This document shows, piece after piece, positions 54,256 to 64,000 of a stretch of 64,000 nt of DNA. Each line of letters opens with the position of its first letter. The first letter of the stretch is position 1. Made by a program: the position numbers and the translations under genes. Under the pieces are notes generated by a model. That model worked only from the letters and a program-made list of their open reading frames with translations. It was not told the DNA's origin and made no database searches. The DNA is taken from assembly GCA_013239625.1 (NCBI GenBank), contig MU053594.1:2174127-2238126 (forward strand), written 5' to 3'. Source of the stretch: Lama guanicoe (Eukaryota).

Positions 54256-55116
54256 CTGAAAAGAAAGGCGTACATTGTCAGCATTAGTGATGTTTCTAAA
54301 TCTTCAAAACAGGCTTGAACAATCATAATCAACACCAAGTATTCCAAGGAGCACATTCTGCAAGGAACAGATACACGGTCAATCCAGCCTGCAAAGTCTT
54401 CCAGTTTCAGTAAATGAGGATTTTCTCCCTGTCCCATTATCTGCAGGAATAGAGGGAAAAGAAGCTTACATTTTCAGGTCTCGTGCAAACGATAAGAAGG
54501 GTATTTCTGTGAATCAAATTTTTTTTTCAGAGGAAAGAGATGATCTCTTTTCTTGTCCTCCCTCTTTGTAAACAAGGCAGAGGCTGCTCGAGGGAAATGA
54601 CGTCTTTGCGTCTAAGGACAGAAATGGTCGTTTCCAAGATGGGATTTAGTTGGGGGGGGGGCGGGGAGTAAACCAGGAGTCTCAGTGTTATAACCAGGAA
54701 TGAGAAGGTCACGTGAAGCATGCGAATCAGGCTGCAGAGCATTCCCAGCATTTCTGGCTCAGACTAACTGGATCCAGTCGGGTCCATGAGCAGGGACTGT
54801 GGAGGGCACTCAAGAGATCTCCCATCCTGAACTTTCCTGTCCTTTAAGCCTTAGAACCAGAGAATTTTCTCTCAAGGGGCTTTGGGAGGAATCAAGGATT
54901 GAGGACTGGCCCCTTTCCTACTCTTACTGGTCCAAGATTCCTGACCCATCCAGAAGTTGTTGCTTTGTTCTTCTGTGAGGCTGCAAACCTGACAACCACC
55001 CCAAAACCCCCAGACAAAACCCACTTTAAATATCACCGTGAATAACAATGAGCAATAAAAATGCTACCCACCTCTGCATAGCACTTTCTTCTTTTTCCAA
55101 AGCATTACATCTGTTG

Positions 55117-55775
55117 TGTGATAAAGAATTTGACTGGCCTTTGTCCCTCAGAGGGAGGCTCTAAATCGTTGGAATTTCTCAGGTAATAGGAGCGACTTTG
55201 TTATTCATGAGCCCCTTAGACCAGATCAGAGTTTATGTTGACAGAGATGACACAGGATAGAGGGCTGGTGGGGAAGGAGTGGGGCCTAGGGGATGAGTTC
55301 AATGACACGGCCAATGATGGGTCAATGATCAAATCAGCTGTGCTGTGTAATGACAGCTCAATAAAATCTCTGCACACCAAAGCTCAGGGGAGCCTTCTGG
55401 TTGGTGAACACGTGGATGTGCCAGGACGGTGACAGGGCCTCCTGATTCCACAGGGAGAGGACACAGAGACTCCACTGGGACCCTCCTAGATCTCACCTTA
55501 TGCGTTTCTTCATTTGGCTGGTTTGCATCCTTTATAACAAAAGGCAGTCACAGGCATAGTGTTTTCCTGAGTTCTGTGAGTTGTGCTAGTGAATAACTGA
55601 ACATGAGGGGGTCGTGGGCACTCCGAGTTGATCAGAAGTGTGGGTGGCCTGGGGACCCCTGAACTTGTGCTGATATTGGAAGTGAGAAGCTGTCTTGTTG
55701 GGGACTGAGCCCTTAACCTGTCGTGAGCCCTGCTAACTTGGGGTGGCTAGTGTCAGAACTGAACTGCAGTATTGC
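55117..55775 (+). mobile_element. MER21-like ERVL solo LTR
   Basis: Motifs tgtgataaagaa...ggaatttctcaggtaataggag...gagtttatg...cctgagttctgtgag...gtgtcagaactgaactg. Confidence 0.7.
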
Positions 55776-55921
55776 AATATCCTATTTCATTTTATGGACA
55801 CAGTAATGTTCTCAGGTAGGTGAGAAAAAAACTTTTTTTCCCATTGTACAAATGATTAAACTGAAAAATTAAGTGATTTTTAAAAAGTTGCTCAGTGACA
55901 AACCCCCAGATCTTCCTCTTT

Positions 55922-56038
55922 TTGTTTTAATTGAGATCTAGTTGACGTACAATATTATGTTAGTTTCAGATGTATTATGTATTGATTTGATATTTGCATA
56001 CAACATGAAATGATCACCACAATAAGTCTAGTAACTAG
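55922..56038 (-). mobile_element. Short L1 3'-end insertion
   Basis: Similar to 42565-42682; TSD cccaga(tc/ct)ttcctcttt. Confidence 0.7.
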
Positions 56039-56096
56039 CCCAGACTTTCCTCTTTAACCCAAGGTGAGAGTTGAGGCTGAAAGTACATTAGCACTT

Positions 56097-56228
56097 GGGG
56101 GAGGGTATAGCTTAGTAGTAGAGCGCATGCTTAGTATGCATGAGGTCCTGGGTTCAATCCCCAGTACCTCCATTAAAAATAAATGAAGGTAGTTCCCTGC
56201 CCCTCAAGAAAAAAACCAAAAAAATTTT
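56097..56228 (+). mobile_element. tRNA-Ala-derived SINE (vic-1-like)
   Basis: Head and A-rich tail; TSD aaagt(a/c)cattagcact. Confidence 0.9.
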
Positions 56229-56724
56229 AAAGTCCATTAGCACTCCTGTTTATCACCCCATTTTCTTTTATCTTTTATGATTTAACATTTAAGATGTTTT
56301 GCCCATTTCCTCTATTTGTCTCACAAATGAATATTAATCATGGCTGTTATGCATCATGGCCTGGGTTTTTCTGCTCTTATTTCTCTACATCCATTCTCTA
56401 GTCCACCCTATCCCCCGACCCCAACACCCTCCTCCACCCTTCCCACCCAGGCTTCTGGGTGGTTCTCAAGGCTCCCTCCCGCTTCATGCAGATATTCCCC
56501 TCCTGTCTCGTCTGATCCCCTCAGTTGTCTTAGGATAACTCCATTTGCATATTTTATGGATGAAATCTAACATTTAATGCAGTTTTTACAAAGCCACAAG
56601 TGCCCTGTCTGGTTCCATTTTTAAGTAGCTGTGGGAAGGAACAAAGTAGGGAATGTAACCACGAGTAATTTGTGATCAAGAGAATCCAGTGATCTGTTTT
56701 TCCCTGGGAGAGTTCTGTAGATAC

Positions 56725-56808
56725 CTTTGCTTTCTTTTAGTGTTTCCGTGGCATCTTCTTTCTCTGTGTCTTCTGGAAGTATGGGTGTCGCTGGCTCCGT
56801 TCCTTCAC
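56725..56808 (-). CDS. LAYN: LAYN stalk exon (84 nt; GEGTEPATPILPEDTEKEDATETLKESK)
   Basis: Acceptor ctccag|GT and donor AAAG|gtatct; phase 1-1; acidic, Thr/Pro-rich stalk. Confidence 0.92.
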
Positions 56809-57426
56809 CTGGAGAGAGACACATGGACTTGGGAACCTGGAAAAACACATCACAATCTAGATGTTCACTGAGGTCCTACCAGGTTCAGGGTGGGATGCCA
56901 AAAAGCAGTACCAGTGTGACCAGTGCCATTTATAAACAGACAAGTAAAGAGCTGAATTTGCTGGGCTAGAGATTTACTTGTCTTCATCTTTCCGGTGCGA
57001 CTCTTGCTGCCAAGAATCCCGTACAGACACAACCAGCAGGCAGCTGGCATCAAGGCTCATAAGGTACTGAGGTGCCAAGGGGAAGGGCCAATGACTCACT
57101 TCTCAGACCATAAATTATCAGTGTGGCTCACTTCTTGTCTCGTTAGATTGAATTATTCCTTTCACATTGTCAATAATGACAAGAGACATCCCAAACTGAA
57201 TTTGCAGCTGTTCCCTTTCAGACATTGGAGAGAAAGGCACCGCTGGAGGTGAGATGAATGAACCACTTGTCATGACCGGGTGTGTATGTACCTGTCCAAA
57301 TGGTGAAGGTTAATACCAGCGATCTTTCCATTGAATATTCTAGTCTAAAGAACACATGGTTCTAGACCTAGAAAGAGAGATTGTGAAACAGCCCACATTA
57401 ACCCAAATCTCAAACGACAGTCTTAC

Positions 57427-57459
57427 CTCCAGGTCTCGTAGAAGGAGCTGTTGGCTTCT
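57427..57459 (-). CDS. LAYN: LAYN 33-nt stalk micro-exon (EKPTAPSTRPGG)
   Basis: Pyrimidine tract plus ctgcag|AG acceptor; donor GAG|gtaaga; phase 1-1; fits the frame of both neighbours. Confidence 0.9.
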
Positions 57460-59365
57460 CTGCAGCAGAAAGAAACAAGAATGAGAATAATAACCAAATT
57501 TCCACGCCATCTGGATGAAGTTGGCAAGAGCATGGTCTTCACTGACTTGCTCATTTAGTCATCTGGTAAACCTTATTTAGTGTAATCAGACACCAGGAAC
57601 TAGGTTAGCAAGTGCAAAGAATCACTTCTGCACAAAGGCTAGCCTTCCCCCGGCTTTACCTGGGTACTTTTTTTTTCTTTTTAAATAAAGTATTTTAAAA
57701 CTTTTAAATATGAGTATTTCCAAATATACCCCAAAGTGGAAAGACTGGTGCAATGAAGCCCTGCGCACCATCAAGCGGCTTCAGCTCTGATCGATGTGCG
57801 GCTGGTCTGGTTTCAACTGTCATCCCTACTCTGTCCCAGCTACTCTGTCCCTGGACTGTATTAAAGCAATCCAAGACATTTGATTGATTCCTATCTGGGA
57901 TGTTTCAGAGCAATAATCACTGATCTCGAAGCAAGGGACTCTCTGGACTGTGTCATTGGGGCTCCCTTTTTGACTGGACTTCACCAGTGGGAGGCAGAGG
58001 CATTCTCTCAGTTCCACTAAAACTGTTCCCTCCCCTTGCTCCTTGAAGCCTGGGGGTAGTGACAGTTTTAGCTGGTCCCCGGGCACTGCATCCTCTTGTG
58101 CCCTGTGCCCACACCTCTGCCAGTATCATCGTAGTGTCCTCTGAGCGTGTCATCTCTTTCCTGCCAGGACTCAGTCTAACACAGGCAATAACAAAATTCA
58201 TCAAGAACATGATTCTAAAAGACTAACTGGATTCAAAATCCCAAAATAAAAGGATACGAAAACAAAAGTCAAAACCTCTCATTTCAAAAAACATTTAAAA
58301 AGCACAAACATTTAAATCACAGAGATCATAGGATGTAATGAACAAAAGTGATGGGTCTTGCTTCCATTGTTCTGAAAAGGTGCCCCGCTAAGCCAGCCGC
58401 GGTCCTTGCAACCTCCTTGCCTGAGACAACTCTGTACGGTGAGGAGGGCCAGGTCTCTGGAGAGGAGTTCCTCTGCATGGGTGAAGAGGGCGCAAGAAAA
58501 CACTTTAGCAGCAAGAGCAGTCAAATTCAAACAATTTTAAAATGACGGGATTGTCTGGTCCCCAACTAGACATAACTAACAAGTCACTCTCCTCTTGTCA
58601 GGAGAGGATGCTGAACTGAGGTCAAGCAGTTGGCTTCAGGGAGGTGGAAAACTTCAGTGACAGAGCAAAAACCATGGCATGTCGAGATCAAAGTCTGACT
58701 TAATGGAGGAGTTTGGGAAACCCTGGCACAGTGAGACTGCAGACTTGTAGCCAATTCAAAACCCCTAACAGATCTGGAAGCAAATTCCAGTTGAGTTTAC
58801 AAGGCATTGATAGAGGGTGGCCTGAGGAGTTTAAACCTGCCCGTCAAAGTGCTGCCATCTGCCCAGTGCCGGTAAAATCGGCGTCCTTTATCATCTACCT
58901 CCTCTGGTTATTCTGTTTCCTTAAAGCCCCAGAAAATAATCTCACATGGCTGGTAGAGAGCTTGCAGGAATAATGGCCAGCATCCTTTCCCATTTCTCCT
59001 TCATTCCAAGTTCCTACAGTGTACAACCTCACATACAGAAAGAATAAGAATTTGTAATTGTCCACTGAAGGGGCTTTTTGTTTCTTGCAATTCTCATAAT
59101 TCTTGTTTTCTCATACATACATCAGATCCTTTCATTTCATCATCCCTCTCGTAGCATCAGATACCTCTCTCCTTTGCTACAATTACTCCTCCGTGAGGAA
59201 GCATCATTACGTTTCCCTTTGTAAGAGTTCCCAATGTTTAACTGCTGGCATTTGCAACACTCTTTCTCAGAGACCACACGACAAATTCTTGGAACCAGCA
59301 GCTGCTTGTGAAATGAGAGAGGAGGCTCAGAATGCAGCCACATAACTTGGGAGAGAATTCATTAC

Positions 59366-59523
59366 CATCGGAATACTTGCAAATGAAATTGTTCCTCATG
59401 GTGCATCGGTCGTCATTCCACTGGAACATGTAGGGGCCCCCGATGCCGGCGGGGGCTGATGGCTGGTGGTACATGACCACGCAGACCTCACTGCCGCACG
59501 AAGGCTCATCCACGTACCAGTTC
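59366..59523 (-). CDS. LAYN: LAYN coding exon, C-terminal half of the C-type lectin domain (158 nt; NWYVDEPSCGSEVCVVMYHQPSAPAGIGGPYMFQWNDDRCTMRNNFICKYSD); upstream exons lie outside the window
   Basis: Acceptor ctgcag|G and donor GATG|gtaatg; EPS, WND and FICK motifs of the layilin lectin domain. Confidence 0.96.
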
Positions 59524-60789
59524 CTGCAGGAAAGGGGTCAACAGTGGCAGCAACTGGAGCAGGATGCTGCAAGCCTGCAAAGCCTTGGTTTTCCCATCGA
59601 ATTCCACTGAGCCACAAACTTAAGAGAGAGGGAGGAATTGAAGTGTTGCCAATAAGCAGAAGCGCACGCTTTCTAGGACGGACATCACAATCAGTCATCT
59701 GACATTTGCCACAGCCTCTCTGCAGGGAAGAATAGATTACCATATAATGTCTGCAAAGTAATTATGAGAAAAAGCAGCCGGCAGGGCCAGTCTGGACAGT
59801 CTGATTTCTTTTTTGATTTTGGCTAACTGGATTTTCTTTCTTTGTTTCTTTTCTTTTCTTTTTTTTTTTTTTTAAGACATCAGATGCGCTGAGAAGAGGC
59901 ATGGCTTATCTCAGCCAGAGCTTGCCCTGCTCCCATCGCCCCATCCTTTTCAACAGTCATAACTGTCTTTCTAGCTCTAAGGAATAGATAGAAAATTCAA
60001 GCATCTGAGCAAGACTTTCCAAAATGTGAAGGCTTCAAAGCAGGAGAAGGGGTGGGGACAAGAGTGGGAGGCCCACATTGTCTTTTTCAGTTTTTAAGTT
60101 GTTCCCACTTCATCAGGCTGGTGAGCCCTGTCAGCCTCTGCTGCCTGATTTCTTGTCTTGGTCTCCCTGGCTCCTGGATGGGGTGCCTTAGCAGCCTTGG
60201 GGGTACTTGGAATTAAATGGTGCTGCCATCTCGTTGGGTATGTGGGTGCCAGGTTAGAGCCTCTGATTCCACAGATAGTCTAACTGCTGCGGGCACCCAC
60301 CCTGCGTGCTGACTCTGGGCCGGCCTTGGTAGTCTGCTGAGTTACCCAGCTAAGCTGTCTCCTTGCGGGACCCAGATCATGCCCTGATGCTCAGACTTTA
60401 GCTGAGCCCTGCTGCTCTGCCTAGCTCTTGTTGGAGCCCCTTCTTAGGAGACAGCTAAGAGACAGGTCTCCAGGTAGCACCCCAGTACGGCTCTGCTTGC
60501 GTCTTGTGCTGCCGTCCTCCAAGAGGAAAATCCTTTCCTGCACCCACGGGGCTGAGTTTGCCTGGATAAGAGCTGAGCTTGCCACACTGCTCGGACACTG
60601 CCTGGACAGCTGGGGACCCTGCCTGGGGCTGGGCTCTGTGCCTCATTAGTTACCTCCGGGCCATTTCCCAACCCTGTTGGTGGACCTCCTACCTTGACTT
60701 GTCTTGTCCTCCTCCCCACCGGCCCTCTAGCTTTATGTTCTTTTTCTCACAGATGATGGAATGGATGCAATATTATGCTTGGGATCTAG

Positions 60790-63700
60790 TTTCTGGACTT
60801 GAACCAGCTTTCAGGCTAGGAACTCGCTGCTAGAAGGAGGAAGGCCCTGCCACACCATGGCCAGTGCACATGGTAATAATTTCATCTATTCTCCCAAAGG
60901 GACTTATGGCCATTTACTCAAGTAACCATATCCTGGGGAAAGAGAAATACCCAAATATTACAAGGGCAGTTGGACACAGGGTGCAAGTCAACCCAAAGAC
61001 TTGAAGTGTTATTAAGGCTACCCATTTGAGTGGGAGCATATCGAGGCCAAGTATTAAATGGGTTTCTGGCTCAGGATCAGCTCCCAGTGGGACTCATCCA
61101 GTGTCATTATTCAATCTCAAAATATATGAATTAAAAACCTATGGGGTAAGAGCTAATAGTGGAGAAGGTCAAATGGAAGCCTCTGAAATTGCACTCTTCC
61201 CCATCCTCTCCAAGATACTAAATAAAGACCAGTGTCTTAACTAGATGAAGATGACAGAAAGTAGTGCCACCTTTCAAGACCCAGAGACTAGGAGAATGGT
61301 ATTCCCTGTCATGTCTCTATGTAATTTGCTAGTCTGGCTCCTGCAAAAATCAGGCAGTCCTGAAGGATGACAATGGAGTAGCACAAACTGAACCCAGTAG
61401 AAGCCTCCATTGCAGCTGCTAAGCCTCATGTGGTATCTTTGCTAGCGCTGGTTAACGTGCCCTTGGGTCCCTGGTTTGCAGATTTGGCGAGCACATTCTT
61501 TCTTATCTGTATCAGAAAGAGAATCAGAAACAGTTTGCATTCATCTGGAATGGACAACAGGGTACACTTACAATCTTGCCTCAGGATTGTGTTAACCTTC
61601 CTACCTGTTGTTACAATATGATGTGAAGAGACCTGGACCGTCCTGGTAGCTTGCAGAGAATCACACAGGTCTGCCATGTTGCTGACATCATTGCTAGATG
61701 AACAAGGACTGGAGGCCTTAGTAAGACTCATGGGCTCCAAGGGTTGGAGACAAACACTCTGAAGATTCAGGGCCCTGCTACTTTGTGAAAATGTGCAGCT
61801 GTCTTGTGATCTAGGGAACGCCAGAACATCTCTTTCAAATTAAAGGATAAATTACTGCCTCTCAGAATAATATGAACCATCTTGCAATAATTTGAAGAAG
61901 GAAGCATTGCACTTGGCAGGCCTCTTTGGGTTCTAGAGGCTGAGTATTTCACACCTGGAAATACTGCTTGGCACGTTTATCAGCTGACACGAAAGACAGC
62001 TGTCTTTGAGTGGGGCCTGGGGCAGAAAAGGGCTCTGAAGCAGTTCTAGGCTGTGGTGTAAGCAGATTTGCCCCTTGGGCCACATAATCCAGCAGACCCT
62101 ATTATTAGAGGTATCAGTGGTGAGAGTAATAATGCCACATAGAATGAGCGCAAGCCCCAGTGGCAGAATCACAACTCAGACCCTTAGGATTGCATGGGAA
62201 GGCCATATTATCTGTAGCTGAGACAAAAATCACCTTTTGCCAAGCAAACCCTGGCTTGCTGCTAGGCAAGGAGCACCAAGAGACCATGCAATCCAACTTG
62301 CTCATCGTGACTGAGATACCGGAAGACACACCTCGTCAGAAAAATTGGGCAGGCCTGGAATCGATCCATTATAAAACAGGACCGAAGTGCACAGCATGAG
62401 CACTAGGACAGACGGCCAGGACATCTCCCGCTGTGGAACAGGGCCTGTCTCCCAGCTTACTCCTGGAAGGGAGTCCGTCATGACTAGCTCACAGACTCAG
62501 TCTAAGCTTGGTTCATGGGTGAGTCGGCCACGCATCAGGGTGCAACTCCAAATGGGCAGCAGCTACACCACAGCCCCGCTCGGAGGTGGCCTTGAAAGAT
62601 CAAGTGGCAAGGAGACGTCCTCCCGATGGCCAGAGCTTAGCTGGTGCCCCTAGCTAGCCACCTTATATGAAAAGAGAAGTAATTGGAGGTTAGAATATAT
62701 AAAAACTCAGGGGTAAGGCAAAGAGCTTGGCCAACTGATCAGGAGTCTAAGAGGAGAAAGGGTGGAAGACTGGGGACAAGGTGTTCTTGGATAGAGTGAT
62801 GTGCGTAAACATACAGGAGGAGGCATCAAATATGCAAATCTCTATGGTAAAGACAACCAAGAGGTATCTAGCATGGAAGAGGCACTAAACAACCCAGGAG
62901 ACAGAGTGACTCAGCCAGCTGATGTCAGCCAGCCTGTTACCAGCCGCCCCAGTGCTGGTGTGACGGATACATACTGGAGTAGCTGTGGTAGCAGGGATGG
63001 AGGCTATGCATAGGCTCAGCAGTATCCGTTCCCCATCACCAAGGCTGATCCAGCTACTGCCCAGCATCCAACCTGCCAGGAACAGAGGCCAGACTAGCAT
63101 TGGGTGGCAAGTTGACTACATTGGACTCCTTCCATCCTGAGAGGGGCAATGATTCATGTTGATAGGAAGAGGCACACAATCTGGATATGGGTTTGCCTTT
63201 CCTGCCTCAGGGTCTTGGCACCACCATCTAAATACTTACACAGTATTTGATCTAACAGCACAGCATCCCATATAACACCTCATCAGACAAAGAGACATGC
63301 TTTATAGCAAAGGAGATGGGGGAGTAGACAGGGAGTTTACTAGTTGTATCACACGTTTGGCCATCCTGAAGCTGCCAGTCTGACAGAGTGATGGATGAGC
63401 TTGTTGAAAACACAGCTGAAGTACTACCTTAGAGGCAATATTTTGTCAAGATGGAGCACCATCCTCCAAGATGCAGTGCACACTTTGAATCAATGACCTA
63501 TGTATCATCCTGTGTCCCCGTAAGTATGCTGGGGTTTAGGAACCAAGGGGGTGGAAGCCCTGCTCACCATCACTTGGGGAATTTGTGCTTCTTGTCTCTG
63601 CAATGTTGAGCTCTGTGGGTTTAGGGGTCCTGGTACCCAAAGAGGGCATCCTTCCACCAGAAGATCCAGCAAGAGTCTTACTGAACTATGAGCTTTGGCT

Positions 63701-64000
63701 GCCACTTGGGGACCTGGGATATTTGTGTCCAGGGACCCGCAGGCAAGGAGTCATGATCTTTACAGGAGGTACTGACCCTCCTCATGACGAGAAGGCATCT
63801 CTGCTATTACACATTATAGGCAGGAAGAAATATGTTTGGCACCCAGGTTATCTACTTGGGTACCTGTCGGTACTCACATGCCTAATTTTGGTGGTAAATG
63901 GAAAAGTGCAACCACTCCAGCCCGAGAAGTACCAGCTGACTAGGGCCTCAGGGATGAGGGTCTGGGTCTCGCCACAGGTAAGCAAGCCATTGAGGCTCCC
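60790..64000 (+). mobile_element. Degenerate class III endogenous retrovirus (ERVL-like) pro-pol region, antisense within a LAYN intron
   Basis: Protease LDTG at 60970-60981; RT remnants (RMTME*HKLN, ADLASTFFLI, QFAFIWNGQQ) at 61360-61600; integrase WQVDYIGLLP at 63105-63134 and HPEAA near 63362; many stops and frameshifts. Confidence 0.85.

Noticed and set aside
56097..56172. tRNA-Ala-like sequences (also at 1761, 14893, 26141, 36977, 53198 and 53522)
   Set aside because: They have diverged stems, SINE tails and flanking duplications, so they are SINE heads rather than tRNA genes
60221..60238. Second CTCF-like motif (also a weak one near 58850)
   Set aside because: Mismatches at the conserved CC end of the core; cannot be supported without a PWM score

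Overview
Mammalian genomic DNA, not microbial. The tRNA-Ala-derived SINEs resemble the camelid vic-1 family, so a camelid source is likely. Two minus-strand, intron-containing genes lie in the usual LAYN-then-SIK2 order. The first is the 3' part of LAYN (layilin): five coding exons at 59523-52042, with the 5' exons beyond the right edge. The second is the 5' part of SIK2 (salt-inducible kinase 2): a CpG-island promoter and coding exons 1-3 at 19121-4593, continuing past the left edge. The rest is intronic or intergenic DNA rich in L1, L2/MIR, SINE, LTR/ERVL and hAT remnants, and almost all ORFs in the supplied track are spurious. I found no convincing new biological system. The best observations are: an L1 3' transduction with a 19-bp target-site duplication (TSD); a GC-AG last intron in LAYN holding an inverted SINE pair; a CpG-rich, apparently GC-shifted LAYN terminal exon; a CRE/CCAAT/X-box module in the SIK2 promoter; and a consensus CTCF site between the genes. 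Repeat family names and human-orthologue comparisons are from memory, not database searches. Repeat boundaries are approximate.
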